DNA of 64,000 nt from Phoronis australis (taxonomy: Eukaryota; Animalia; Phoronida), in the NCBI GenBank assembly GCA_002633005.1, contig NMRA01000097.1, positions 707,734-771,733 on the forward strand, in the 5' to 3' direction. Of this stretch, positions 13,001 through 26,805 are shown piece by piece. The first letter of the stretch is position 1. Every line of letters starts with the position of its first letter. The notes under the pieces are model-generated. The model saw only the letters and a list, made by a program, of their open reading frames with translations, had not been told where the DNA came from and did no database searches. The position numbers were made by a program, and so were the translations under genes.

Positions 13001-13259
13001 TGTTACATAACCTTAACTACTGAACATATACATGTACAGTAATTACATGTGCAGACTGTACATGTACATTTGCATACCTCAACGTTATGTAGGACTCAGC
13101 AAAGATATAGCATTTCTGAAAGTAGAAATTCCGCAGGATTTGATTTATAAATTTGTTCCAGTCTGCTGTTATCTAGGCCAAATGTCCAAGTCTTTTTAGC
13201 AAAATTTATAGTAAAAAAGGAAGGTTCATTCCCGCTTGAGAGCATGATGAACGAATTTT

Positions 13260-14110
13260 AGAAGTACATGTAGGATATCCGGAGTTCTCATGAGAGATTC
13301 GAATTTAGATGTCGTGGGAGAATGACAAAAACGATCACCTTTAAAAGTATTTAACCCGAAGGTCTTGGTACGCACTGCAAACTACATGTAACACAAGGTA
13401 GTATTCCTCCTCTCCACATCCCGAATTACATAGTAACTCACACAACCTATTTTCAAAGGTAATATTTGTGTGGCGACCTCGTTTCACTAGCGACGAACGA
13501 TTGGAACATCGCAATCGAGTCAGAGACTGGATAAAAACACGTGGGATACTAACTATTTCTAGATAATTTTCAAGACCATACATTGTTTTATACCTCACAT
13601 AGTAATGCAGTTCTGCGTTACATTCGATATCCGATTGCCAGCCTTGCAAATAACAGTCGTGGACACGTTGAGAAAAAACTGTCAAGAAATACGCTTGGTT
13701 TGCCACACCCTGATTAATCCATACATGGACATCTGAAAAACCATACACAGGCAGAAGTTTCCTAACAAAACTTGTCCAATTATAGGAAGATCTTCCGATC
13801 AGGTTTGACTGAAAAAAGCATATCATATGCAGCCTTTACCCCGTCACGATCAGCACTATTTTGAACCAGTATTTTATACAGGATACAAAATATTTAGTAA
13901 ACAATGGGAATCGACCACATTCTCCCGTAAATGCAAAGTTTCAACAACTACCTACTCCTAAAATGCGTTTAAAAAACTTGATATGTACATTTCCCATATC
14001 TTAGCGCCGTAACACAGAGAGGGGTAAACCATTTTGTACCAACAGTCAAACCCTTTATTAATGTACTTAATTTGTAATACCAAGAAAGCCATTCAATAAT
14101 TCCATTTGTT
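13260..14110 (-). mobile_element. Degenerate LINE (non-LTR retrotransposon) ORF2 C-terminal fragment
   Basis: ORF 13341-13826 contains LTRLRCSN...GRH..I.FENRLCE.C....EEEYY....C..YQDLR, typical of the post-RT Cys/His region. Upstream frames give FFKRILGV and GECGRFPL, separated by frameshifts. Confidence 0.8.
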
Positions 14111-15241
14111 TTTATTGCCATTGTTATTTACCGTCAAATTATAGCAGTTAATGGCTGGATTTAGACTTGCATATCAGTTGATTTGCATGGACGATTAAAC
14201 TCTCAGACAAGGAACAGGAAATCAAAGACGACGAACTTGCATTCGTTTCCAAAACAAGCGATTCCTTTCCACGTTCAATTTCCTCGACACAATTTTGCTA
14301 CGTTTAGAGCAAACAAGCTAATCAATAAAATCACACGCTGATCAAATTTACACCCGTCGAATTTTCGGATAGAACATAGCGCGTTTCTAGATTGATTTTG
14401 AGCATAATGACAAATTAAATATACAGCAGAACCCAAACTGAAGTTTTATGACGTATGGGTAGTCCAATTCGACAATTCTCGCCTCTGGCTGTTAGCCATT
14501 CGCTGGAATCGATAGTGGTGGCTTTATCAGTAATACTCTGATTAGTCTGCAAACATTTTCATTGAAAAAGGCAACAGGCCCACAATTCACAATAGTATAT
14601 AAAACTTAAGACTCGCGTACAGGTTTTAAATATTTACTTCTGATCACCATCGCCTGTTGTATATCCATTGGAAAGTTGTTTTTATAGTGTTTACTGCCCT
14701 CGAGTTTAAATGGACATGACATCGTTATTTCTTACGTGGCAACGTGGTATGAGCCTGTTTCTTAATCTACCAGGGCCGTCTTTCATGAAAAGTGACTGAT
14801 TATTTAAGGCAGTCTTACGCACCCAATTCGCGATTGTCAAATAAAGGTTTATTCCTGTATTTATTAGTACATAGGCGGATTTAAGGGGGCAGGGCTGCCG
14901 CAAAAAAAAAACAGCAAGAGCGTAGGGAAATGCTGAGTTTATCAATTAACCCCGGTAATTAACATTATACTGCGGAAACCAGATTTAAATGTGTGCAGTT
15001 TTAGTGTGTTGGGGGTGGGGGGGGGGTGTAGATCCAATTTCAAGTGTCAAATTCGGCACACGGCTCAATTGTAACGAACCTATGGCTAAGTATAGGCTCC
15101 CCCGCGATATCCCAGGCGATTGGCAGTGGCGCTGCGCACTACGACTCCGTTTCCGTTGTCTGCTTCACTGTGCAATGAAGAAAATTACGTCATTTTTTAA
15201 AGAAAATAGAATCTGAGTGACGATGAAAAAACAAAAGCTGC

Positions 15242-15630
15242 NNNNNNNNNNNNNNNNNNNNNNNNNNNNNNNNNNNNNNNNNNNNNNNNNNNNNNNNNNN
15301 NNNNNNNNNNNNNNNNNNNNNNNNNNNNNNNNNNNNNNNNNNNNNNNNNNNNNNNNNNNNNNNNNNNNNNNNNNNNNNNNNNNNNNNNNNNNNNNNNNNN
15401 NNNNNNNNNNNNNNNNNNNNNNNNNNNNNNNNNNNNNNNNNNNNNNNNNNNNNNNNNNNNNNNNNNNNNNNNNNNNNNNNNNNNNNNNNNNNNNNNNNNN
15501 NNNNNNNNNNNNNNNNNNNNNNNNNNNNNNNNNNNNNNNNNNNNNNNNNNNNNNNNNNNNNNNNNNNNNNNNNNNNNNNNNNNNNNNNNNNNNNNNNNNN
15601 NNNNNNNNNNNNNNNNNNNNNNNNNNNNNN
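15242..15630. other. Assembly gap (N run)
   Basis: Continuous run of n characters. Confidence 1.
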
Positions 15631-16249
15631 TGAGAGGGGTAGGGGGAGGGGGAGGGGGAGTTATTCACAAAATCTTACTGCTCTAACGGTCATAATGGGT
15701 TGACTTGTATGCTGACACAAGTGCTGCCGCTGTAGGCTGATCATAACAATCTTATGGTGCTTGATTTCAACACGTTTTTTTAATAACAAAGGTTACTGAG
15801 TGTATTGTTGACGGTTACTAAACAAAAAAGCAATTTGAGAGGGCTGACGTCACTTGAACGCGTATGACTTGTTTGCTTTATTGGGTCACTCAAACAAGAT
15901 TTTTCTACTGGTGTGATTATATGGTGATATCGTATGACAAAACGGCTTAGACTATTGCAAAATAAAACAAAAATTAAGTAAGAAATCGATACGAATCTAT
16001 TGCATTCCAACGACTGACGATAGTCGTACTCTTTTTCCCCATATATAGGCCTATTGTATATAGAAATACATATGTCTAAAATAAATAATGTTATATTCAA
16101 AGTTGCATTTGATTTTTAGCTAAAAGTGGGGAAATATGGATTAAATATGTGCATGCGGATACGTACTTGAGTGGGAATTGATCAAAAATGCAAAGGCAAA
16201 AATAACGCATAAAATATTGATTTTCAATTAACAGGGTTGTACGTTTTAA

Positions 16250-16578
16250 AGGGACGTTTATCGCTTTTAGACCCGGAAAACGCATCTTGGGATCATTGTC
16301 GGACGAATTAGACTTCTTACAGTTATTAGCTTTGACCAGAGCTATAAAACGAAACAAAAGCCGTTGTTTTGTGATTTTATTAGAAATCCTCAATTTTCGC
16401 CGTTGATCGTCAGACTTTTGTTAAATCCAGGCCGGTGTCGAGTATATAAATACCTTGCTATTTAACGTGTGATTTGGTTCACCGAAAGAGCCATCGACTG
16501 CTTTTGCGGAGCTGGTGGGTTCGATTCCGCGCTACCGCCAATTTCTGCGAAATTACTTTTCTCGCCAACAGTGTCCCT
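16250..16578. mobile_element. TTAA-flanked MITE (Kolobok-like), ~330 bp, just upstream of gene 2
   Basis: ttaa|AGGGAC ... GTCCCT|ttaa; internal B-box-like gggttcgattcc at ~16517; related copies at ~12308 and ~58265. Confidence 0.7.
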
Positions 16579-16781
16579 TTAACAATGCAACAAGTTCTTC
16601 TGTGTAAACAAATTCCAGTTTTTAAAACCTACGATCTAACTGAATTGATTCTTTGTCTAGTCGCAAAGGCGTGAACAATTTTCATAATTGATCATCTTCC
16701 GTTTGCACGTTAGACGGATATTGCTGATCAAATAAAACTGAAATAAACGTTTCGCTTGTTATCAGTTTGCAAGCAGACGAC

Positions 16782-19700
16782 ATGCTTCTGAGACGCGCAA
16801 GTTTTTCCACCAACGCACTTGTTAGCGGACTTCTCCGTATCATGGGCCTATTCTTGCACGTGTGCTCTGTGAGTGGTCTAGAAAGCTCAGCTATTTACAC
16901 AGTGCCGGCGGACGCCCAAGGAGGAGGATTTGCTATGACCGGCGGGGTGTCCCTGTTGACAATTACCGTAGCGAGCAGGCTTGACTGCGCGACGTACTGT
17001 CACAACTCCAACGACTTATGCAACGGATTCAACTTGTTGGTGAGTCGAGTCCTTTTGTACAATTTTTTAAGGGAAGTTGCACGTTAACATCACCTAGTGT
17101 GATTGTTATGTTGGGACACGAATGTATTTCAACAACACCCAGTGGAGCAAAGTCTGGCGCCCCTCAATTTTAGTATCCTTGGCGTTATTTTCAAGGTCTT
17201 GAGAGAAAAAAATGAGTTTTGGCGTTGCACACATTGTTATACTATTTTGTTTACAATATTGGCCAATACAATCATAAATGCTTTCACGAAATGTTGCTTA
17301 CACGTTGATTATTTCATTTACACATCATTCATACTCATCAACGTTTAACTTCGTAATGTATTCATTTTTGAGTTGAAAGAAGAACATCTGATTCTGCCAT
17401 ATTTCATTTCCAATCCACGATACCGTTTTTGTTTTATTTTCCATGATATAATCTCATGTTTCGGCCACATACCTTGGTGGTAGTGTACTTCGCATGAACA
17501 TGTTCTGGGGCGTTGTGAACTAATTCAATTCGATTTTTCTGATTTCTCTCGTGAATAGCTGACAGTGCCGCCTTCATGGCAACTGCCCCTGACCGTCCCT
17601 TAAAGAGAGGACCCCGTCTTAGAGTGACCCCTTAATATCAAGATCATGCTTCCCAAATAAGCATCCTAATATGAAAGGCAATTTGTGGAAAAAATGAAAA
17701 CGGTAACGGTTGGTTCCATCATCGGGCCCTCCTTCTTCCACCTTCTTCAGTGTCGTCTTCCTTCCACCTTCGGGTCATCTTCCTTAACATAATTATTAAA
17801 AGGTTTGACTGTGCCATTTTACTAAAACAAGAACCGGAAAGCAATAGATTCCATCACTTGGGTCCCCTCTATGGTTGGTTCTTTAGAAAAATAATACAAA
17901 TCATTAAAACAGAAGAAAGTGTGACCGTGGTTGCTATCATCTTGACCCATCCAAGAAGTGAAATTTGTTTCAAATTACATGCAATTTCAAAAAATACAGA
18001 GAAATTTCTGAGAAAGGCAAACGACTTCTATATCCCTTGCCAGAAAGGAAGTCTTTAAATGCAACTTTGCCTTCCCTAAAAATTGTCTTCTTGAATTTGA
18101 AATCTGAAACAATTTCTTCGAAGTGTTTACATGTATAAATAACAACATGTTTTTAAGTGAGGGTAGACGGTCCATTCACCAAAGTTTCTAAAAATCATGG
18201 GGCTTCTACTAAAATTGTCCTTGGCTTGCCCTCGAGAGGGTAAATCCAGCACTGGTATAGCAGTTGTCAGATCCACGGTGCGTCATTCTTTTCTTGTTTG
18301 CCCTTGTCCCCCGCCCTACGCCAGCAATGTCGCCACGAAGGGTTCACCACATGTTTTCGCTATTGTACCCTCCGTTCCCCTGCCTGGCACGTCCCTCTTT
18401 AGTAGGGAGACGTCCCCTGACCCCTCTACATCTTGATTAAATTTTCCTTTAAAGGGGCAGTAAATAAGCGCGCACTATCGAAAACCAGTTTTTTAGTTTA
18501 GATAAAATAGAAATGGTTCTCAAGCACGTAAAGACCCTCGTTATTGATTCAGACGGTCAGATCGAGTAAGTTCCTCTTGTTACGCGCTCAGTCGCTCAGT
18601 TTCGGCACTCGAAGATGGCCGCCGGGGCCAACGTGAAGAAAGTTTATGATGTTAAAAATATGATTTACAGCGGCTTCAAACTATCAAAGGCAAACATCAA
18701 CAGCTGAATGTTCTCGTTCAAGCATTTGTTTTATCAGTTATCCTCAATGATGTTCGTTTAATTTCAGAACACGGGTGCAAAGAAAACCTGCGATATGAGA
18801 AGAATCGTGAGACTCAGCGATCGGCAGCTAACGCCCACAGTGAACTCCATGTATTATGAGCTCAAGGACATTAACGTAAGCTTCCTGCTCTCAGTTGAAT
18901 AAGATAGTGGTGGACACGTACCACTTTTATCAGCAGTCGCCAATTTGGCAAGACTCCTTTTTAGTCACCGGTCCCACGGAGTGATCAGTCTACCCACTCC
19001 GTTCCCAGGATCCCATAAATGCAGTGTAGGTCATGAGGACCAAGAGGCACTTTCTGCCAGTTGTAGTTGCATCTTAAGAAATTTATTTTATGATGGTGTG
19101 TGAGGTGTGAACAGCCAGTGGCGGATTTGGAAGGGGGCCAAGGGGGTCATGCCCACCCTAAAATTCTCCCAGATTCCATTTGGTAATACGGGGGTTCGAA
19201 TGTCTGTCGGGAAAAAACCCTGGCTAATACTCTGCCATGCCCCCCCAACTCAAAATCCTGGATCCGCCCTTGTTGAACAGCTAATAGGCCTAAGTGATAA
19301 TAAAGATAGGAAATAGGCCGCAATACTAACATGCGATTTGTAGAACTATAAACTTGTGGTGGACGCGAAAAGTGATGTGGTGTCCGTAGTGGAAACAGGT
19401 GCATTGAGGCGACTACTTAAATTGTCATTGTGATGCGTAACCGCCACAACTAACAAAATAAGCTTATTTAAATACTAACAGTACTACTACTAAAATTTCT
19501 ACCTCTACTCCTACCACTACACAAATTTCTCAGTATTCCCCGGCTACTACCCCTACTCCCAGCCTTAACATTTCTGCTACTATACTAGACGGTGACCACC
19601 GTCTAGAGCTGAGTAGAGACGGCGTGGCTCTTATAGGAACTTCATACGCCGGAAGATTTCCTGCGAATTATGCCTCACACTGACTAAACATCAAAGCCAC

Positions 19701-22552
19701 GTCGTTGTAAATACCGTTTGCGCGTGGAGGGACACCTTAGGAGGCTCTCGATGTATTTAATTTCTTCCAACTCCATGAAATACTCCAGTTATCAAACTTT
19801 TTCTTCGAGCAGTCCCCTGTTCAGTTCCCAAGATCTCTATTCGGCAACTGGCCATTTTTACACTGCGCACGCCAGGAGATATGACGTCATACCCGTTGCC
19901 GCGCACGCAGTGTAAAACTGGCGAGTTTCCAAATATGGGAACTCACGAGGTACTGCTCGAAGAAAGTTTGATAACGGGAGTATTTCGTCGAGTTGAAAGG
20001 AATTAAAAACATCGAAGTCCTCCTCTATGCACAAAAGGTATTTATAAAGACATGACTTTATTCTTTTAGTCAGTGTGAGGCATAATTCGCCGAAAAGCTT
20101 CCGGCGTATGAAGCTCCTGTAGGAGCTACACCGTCTCTAGTAAGGTTTGCTATTGCTACTGCTACTTTTACCGCTACTATACCGCTAAGTACTATTGTTA
20201 CTTTTCCTGGAGTCTATATGCATCGTTTCCAATTCAGTTGGCTGTCATTAAAATCTCTAGAAATGTAGTTCAATTAAAATTGAAAATATAAGTACAGTTT
20301 GATACATTTTATTTTGTTTCAGTTACCGTCAGATGCGGATTTAAACGTTCACTTCGCGTTTAAAGTTAACAGCGCAATATTCATTGGCCATGGATCCAAA
20401 ATCTCCACGCTGGACAGGAGCACTGTGCCGTACAAAGCTACGAACAGTTATTTGTTGTCATCTACTTTCAATGGTTTGCCGAGCGACGTTATTTACGCGC
20501 TGTCAGAGACGGTGGATACCAAGGACTTAGTCTACTTTGTAACATCAGGTAACGGATGACTTGAATTGTTCATATAGTTGCTTTGGAAATAGTGTAGATC
20601 TCTTCTCGACAGACATTTTCCGTTACAGGAACTCTGAAGATAAGAGATTCGCATTACTGTCTTGAGTAAAGGAAACTTTCTGTGTTTAGCCCAGTAGGTA
20701 ACTATTGCCCAACGGCACAGTGACTATTGTACTAGCAGGGGTCCCAGATTTGGTGACCCAATTTGATACCCGAATTTAAATGGAGGAAATTGGTTCCTTG
20801 ACTATTAAAAACGACAGCTCCAAGTGATAAAAGGCTCAATTCATCCAACGGATATAGTTTGATTTAAAACGCTTTACCGCTTCCAGAAAACTGGTCCAAA
20901 CCAGGTCCTTATGCAGTGCCCCCATGTCGTCCGATCAGAAGGTTATCGGACGTCTGATCTGCCATCTGACAAGTACTCAAAGGAGCAACAAACCTGAGAC
21001 TTACTACTTTAAAATCAGCCTCGTTTTAGTCCTAATTTGGAGCAGAAATGGTTTCTAGACTTGAAAAGAACTGACATTTTTTGCTTGTCATGTGGGTTTG
21101 TTTCAGTCAACAAAGATTCCAGGCAATTCACTGTAACCAGATCCATTTAAAACAAAGGATATGGAGTCGATGGCGTTGCTTTGGAAGGGAAAATGCGCCT
21201 GTGAGGAAAGGTGATTTTTGAAAACCACGGCTGGGTTGCATAAAACTTCAAAATTATCCGCTGGATAAGTTTGATTAGTGTTGCATGACGTCAGGTGCAT
21301 TGGTCAACTGTAACAACGTGGCGCGTGGAATGCTATACGGCGTATAACTTTATGCAATTGGGTCCAGAATAATTACGAAATAATCGCACAGTGAAATGTG
21401 GGATTAGATAGATGTCTGCTTAAACCAGAGTGAACAGAATAATAAATACTATTCTTGACTTTGCACAAAATGTCCGAAAAATAACTTAGAGATCGATTTC
21501 GAGATCAAAGATTACACTCTTGGCCCTGGTAAATCTAACTTCAAGAAGTCTGTCACATCCAACCGCGATACCTCAAATGCCTTCTTCGCTCGTAAAACCT
21601 AGTGTGCACCTTTTTGAAACGCGTGAACGTTCGTCTGGTCTGCCCTCTCACCGGCCGAGCCCTCCCAACTCAAACGGTAGGTCTGCCGTGACGCTTCTTA
21701 CCGAGAGATGGATATATATCCAGTGACGTAACATGACTGGTCAGAACACTTGAATTTTCACACTAATAACACCCAAAGTTAGGACGGCAGTGGGACGCCT
21801 TTGCTCGGAAAGCTCAGCAGATATACCTGTTTGGTGAAAGGAAAGTCAAATCTTCGAGACTCGTTTCTCGTAAAGTAAATGCGCAAAATTCCACACAAAT
21901 CGACCCACAAACTGTACAGGTTTTAAAAAGACCGGAAAATGGCCAATAAAGATTTGCCACCACTGAGGAAAAGAAGTCAGTTGAAGTTGGCTCTCAAACA
22001 ACTCGTGCATTTGACGTAAAAATAATCATTTACACATGTTTTCGTTAGCAATGATAATAGATATATATTATACAGAATACGAAAAACGTATTACTTCATG
22101 TAGATCGCAATAACATGTGTCGAGTGTCAACATTTGCAGGGGCAAAGGTCATCAGCTATCTATACTCCAACAACCAGTTTGTTTTGCGCGACACCTTGCG
22201 ATCACTCTCGTCGTCACTCACAGATGGAGGAAGCGTTGGGAGTGATATTGAAGACGTCAATGGTAACGTACAACCCACAGCTGCGCTTGCTTGGACAGGG
22301 AGCGGTTCAGGAATTCATTATTTCGGCGCAGCCGCGCTATATAGACCCTCTCCAAATCCGAGGAAAGTGGGCGCTGGCACCGCAAACTGGAACAAAGTTC
22401 AAAACATTTGGAGGGGGCTATCGTCGCCAGACGTATCTGCTGCAGTTGAGATTGATTCATCGTCTGCTTTGTTCTTCAAGGGATCCCAGTTCTATTTGTA
22501 TGACGTTAACTCAGCGTCTGTGTCGTTGACTGGGAATGTTACTTGCACTTAA
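16782..22552 (+). CDS. Secreted PAN/apple + hemopexin-like repeat protein, 334 aa (4 coding exons)
   Basis: Exons 16782-17039, 18768-18875, 20323-20548, 22140-22552; GT..AG with phases 0,0,1; total 1005 nt. Hydrophobic N-terminus; PAN pattern SRLDCATYC...CNGFN......KTC. Hemopexin-like repeats STFNGLPSDVIYAL..LVYF and IWRGLSSPDVSAAVEIDSSSALFFKGSQFYLYD. The start could be the downstream Met at 16842. Confidence 0.85.
19116..19272. mobile_element. GC-rich MITE family CAGTGGCGGA...TCCGCC (hAT-like), copy in intron 2 of gene 2
   Basis: TIR cagtggcggat / gatccgcccttg. Inverted near-identical copies at 26651-26805 and 39706-39869; fragments near 1952, 30955, 45398 and 63630. Confidence 0.8.
19614..20139. 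mobile_element. Long fold-back element (~525 bp, palindromic over most of its length)
   Basis: tagagacggcgtggctcttataggaacttcatacgccggaag...tatgcctcacactgactaaa mirrors tttagtcagtgtgaggcata...cttccggcgtatgaagctcctgtaggagctacaccgtctcta. Inner arms (atcaaactttttcttcgagcagt / tactgctcgaagaaagtttgat; ttttacactgcg / cgcagtgtaaaa) also pair. Confidence 0.85.
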
Positions 22553-23062
22553 AATATGTGTAAAGTAAATTTAGGTTATGAGTAGGACCCTATATATGTG
22601 TCCAAATTTGGCTAACAGTCGGAACGTCATATCTCGCAGAAATGGCGGACTTGACGAATTCATATGAAACTTGCACATAACGTGCTTGATGCAGAGATCT
22701 ATAAACGTTGTTATGCATATTATTTTTAAAGTGTTCAACTTTGGAATGAAGGGCTTTCAAAAACAGGTATTTTGTGATTTTCATGAAAACGAAACGACAT
22801 TTTAGAAAACTGGTAACAGCGTTGGGTTGAGATTTGGTCATTCTGAAATTGGCTTATGTTATAGGTACTATTGTTTTGATATGAATGTACTTCTCGTTTT
22901 TGGTATGTTTTGCTTAAATCGTGATCACATGATCCAATTAATGGAAAAATATTATTAAGTCAAAAATGAAGTTCTAAAGCTTTTTATATTCGAAAATGTA
23001 TATGTACTCTAACCAAGTTTAATTTGATAGTTTTATAGATATTGGTAAAATGTACAAAACAT

Positions 23063-23288
23063 GCTTATTATTTAAAATGACTTATTCTTATTAAAATGAC
23101 ATAGGCAAAAAATTGAATTTCAGGCCTCAAAAGCGAGGCCCCTATATTAATGTAGGGCGCCCCGCTGAAAGGCGGTCAAAGAGCGAGGCCTCCTATATTA
23201 ATATAAGGGGCCTCGCTCTTCGACCCCTTTCGGCGAGGCCCCCTCTATATGTCATTTTAATAAGAATAAGTCATTTTAAATAATAAGC
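23063..23288. mobile_element. Fold-back MITE with perfect ~41-bp TIRs and internal GC-rich hairpins
   Basis: gcttattatttaaaatgacttattcttattaaaatgacata / tatgtcattttaataagaataagtcattttaaataataagc; internal gagcgaggcc...ggcctcgctc. Confidence 0.85.
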
Positions 23289-25872
23289 TGTTACAAGCTT
23301 ATCGATAACCTTATATGATCCAAATTAACTGTGACACCTTTTTGCCAGTCTCGTCAACCAGAACTTCACTCACGGCTAATGCTGCTGCACACTAGTGCCG
23401 AGTGAAGTCGCACTTACGTGATTTCGCGCTGTGGAAGGAAGACCTTGCTTGCTGATACATGTACTTTTGCCCATTCTTTGTCTCATGTATTGATACTTAG
23501 CTTGTTTTGTAACGAATTGGATAACTTTCATTCATATGCTATTTGGTCATGTATAAGGCGCATGCGCCGTCATGTACTGTAAGTCCAGTTATTCTGAGGT
23601 CATTGATACGAGCGCTTACAAGTTTACATGCATGCCTGCCTCCGTAGGTTAACCGAAAAGTGTTTGTGGATAAAGTTAGGAACATTCTTGAATTTTGATA
23701 TTTGTTGGCACATTTTAATCCCAGGTCCAGCAAAATAAAAGAACTTCAACATTACTAGAATATGTCCGTCATGGCCTTCAAATAGCATTGTCTAAATATG
23801 CAATCCCAAGCCTGTCAGTCGTTAACCCGTCGTGTTATTCATGTTAGCGCGTTATTAATCCACCTGTGAGTATTGAAGTGTAGATGTACGTACGTGAACA
23901 TGTTGCTTTTCTAGACTTTATGGTAGTCTGCAATGCTTCAGTTTGAAAATTTTGAATTGATCATACTGAAATGTTGATCTTTTTCAGGCTTTTGTATCAC
24001 AGTTGTGTCCTAAACCAGTCACTAAATTCAAAATCCAATAACCCCGGCCAAATCAACGATAAGTGAATTTCAAACCGACATAATGACAATGAATTGCGAT
24101 TGATCTCAATAGTTTGCAAACGGCGCCTCGTACTTTCATGACTGACCCAAAAAAGAACTTTTGCCAAATTTGTTGAGCAGTCCCAGTTCTGTGAAATGGT
24201 CTTCTATTCCTGAAACTGCCCTCTAGTTGGCGGCCTCAGCACTAGCAGGCCAGATCCACTCATTATCAGCCACAAGAATCTTGTGTGGGGTTATCTCTTA
24301 TTGCAACAGTTATTTATGTCAACTCACTATGTCAGCACTACAGCAGCAGTAGCGGATTTTTGAGAACATGTCTCTTTCGACAAGAGGTGGCGCTGTCTCT
24401 TAGTCGGCAAGAGGTGGCGCTAGTTTGCTTAAGCAAAGTAATCTGAAAGAAGTTCATGATAATGAGTAGGTCAAGCCAGGGGCCGTATTTAGTGCTGTGT
24501 CTAAATAATCAACCCTGTCTCGGAATCCCGTACCGCCATCGCGTGGATGCAAATGTTCAATGACTGAGGAATTCATCGTGTCTTCAATTTTGCAGTTTGC
24601 TTAACGCTAATTAAACGTGTAAAGCCTGTACGCGTAAACGTATAAAACCCGCACGCGTTACCCACTGTCAGACATGGAATTTCATAGTTAACGAATGATT
24701 CCCCCACGCGCTGATCGTGAGACTTGGAATTCCTTTTCCACATGGAAGTGTTACTGCGACGTGTGTTTAAACTTCTACATGTAAATTGACACCAGTGTTA
24801 ACGATGGTTTATGAGATGCTGAAATACATAGGATGATGAGTTAACAACTGTTAGTTTTGTTTTCAACTGAGAGAAATTACATTAACAAAATCCCCAGGAC
24901 AAAATTTGCATTGTAACCAACTCCTGCATCCCGCACACCGGTTTTCAGAGGCCTGGTATCAATCTTGTGTTAATCACCACTGAGGCTGGGTCGAGTATGT
25001 CACGACACAAACGCCAATTATCTACCGCGCTAAATGAATGCATTAATACAAAAATCCATCGACACAAAACTGTTATCAGCAAATAAAAAAATCCATGGCA
25101 GCGTTTTGGTAAATTTTTATCGCATTTCGAAAGAATTATGCTACACCAACGTTCCATGCAGAATTCAATTTCAGAAGCAAACATGTTTCTGTCCTTGACA
25201 TTTCAATTTAATGCAGCCATTATGTTATTGTTGTGAAAACATCGCTAATGCGATTATTGCCTAGTTGTGCAACGCAATGGGAGCTTATGTCAACAGTCGA
25301 TCGTGACCTCAAATTGAGAGCGGACGGCGACACCTCTTTTCCCGGTTGATAAAGAAAAGCATTGTCCAACTACACGATACCAATGAACGGCCTCATGTTT
25401 ATTAATGGTTTAAATGCACCTAGTTTGTTGTTCAATTACGACCATTAAAAAGATATTTCAAATCAATGTGTCATTTTTAATCCCCAGAACAAATTTCAAT
25501 TTCAAACACAGGCTGCTGAGTGTAACGCAAATCTCAATTACATATACAACTGTTATCTACCTCTCGTGTTTTTCATAAACACATTTTGAGCTCCTCCGGC
25601 GATTGCTCGTGTGACAAATTGATTCTTGGCGGATCACGGAAAATGTGTCTAATATGAAAATGGAATATCAATGTCTGTATGTTCAGATTACTTAGTATAG
25701 GCCAGTGCACACGATACGATTTCTTGTTAGGAGGCCTCACGATGTTTATTGGCAACAAATTGTCCAGCACACGGTACAACTTGTTGTGACCAAGCACAGA
25801 GTATGCGACAAGTTGAGGAAAAGTCGCCTATACACTGCACTGGCCATAATTAAACTAATCGCAAATCTGAAA

Positions 25873-26150
25873 CATGCGCCGCGCACCCAGCCTAAAATAT
25901 AGGGGTCTCGAATTTCTCGGTATGGGGACCTTTTACTGAACAAAATTAACGAGGACTATGAAAAAAAAAACGGGCCATACGTAGGTTCAGGCCTACGAAT
26001 TCATTGTGAATGTGGAACCGATGTCTTGTGTCCTTTATGGACTTTTGTGACGTTTACACAGACTTTTTTCACTAAGGCGGATCTTTTTGCCCAATTCGCC
26101 AAATTGGAGGGCTCGAACGAGCTCCCCGAGACCCCCTGAGTGCGCCCATG
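25873..26150. mobile_element. MITE with CATG termini and 5-bp TSD (TGAAA)
   Basis: tgaaa|catgcgccgcgcacccagcctaaaatatagggg ... gagtgcgcccatg|tgaaa; homologous to 53309-53561 and a partial copy at ~62325-62535. Confidence 0.85.
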
Positions 26151-26650
26151 TGAAAACAACTCGCACACGGCTTCTAGAGCCTGTAACACTTGAGGTATGC
26201 TCTTCGACCTCTGTTGGTGATTTTCCAAGCGACTTGTATGAATATCTTTACACCAAGTTTGAGAACACTTCACCGAGGGGAAATGAATTCGTGTATCTGA
26301 AAAACTTTTCAAATAACTACTTGAACTTGTATTTCGAGGAAACTTATCTTCTAGTGCTTTTTTGAGGCCAGCAACTTAAGTCATTTGTTTTTGGTTGGTG
26401 TTCTATCTGACGAGCACTTGTCCGTGTTTATTAACTGAAACAAAACGACTGAAATGTAATGTACATCTTGGTGTGGTAATAATTTTACTGTGCTAAGAAC
26501 TTCCATAACATGAAGTTTAGTTTTCGCGCCATCATGTGCTTGTACACTGCAGGCACAACGAGAAATCTCTAGGACAATAAAAGCTTTGTGGTTCGAGAAA
26601 ATCTAGTTCGTAAACTTGGAAAGACCATGAGCTGTTATATCTATTGTTAT

Positions 26651-26805
26651 CAGGGGCGGATCCAGGATTTTGAGTTAGGGGGGGCAGGGCAGAGTATTTG
26701 CCAGGATTTTGGCCGACAGACATTCGCACCCCGGTACTGCCAAATGGAATCTGGGAGAATTTTAGGAGGCATGGTCCCCTTGGCCCCCCTCTAAATCCGC
26801 CACTG
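26651..26805. mobile_element. CAGTGGCGGA-family MITE
   Basis: caggggcggatcc ... aaatccgccactg; reverse-complement homolog of 19116-19272. Confidence 0.8.

Noticed and set aside
15165-15668. ORFs spanning the N run
   Set aside because: Artifacts of the assembly gap.
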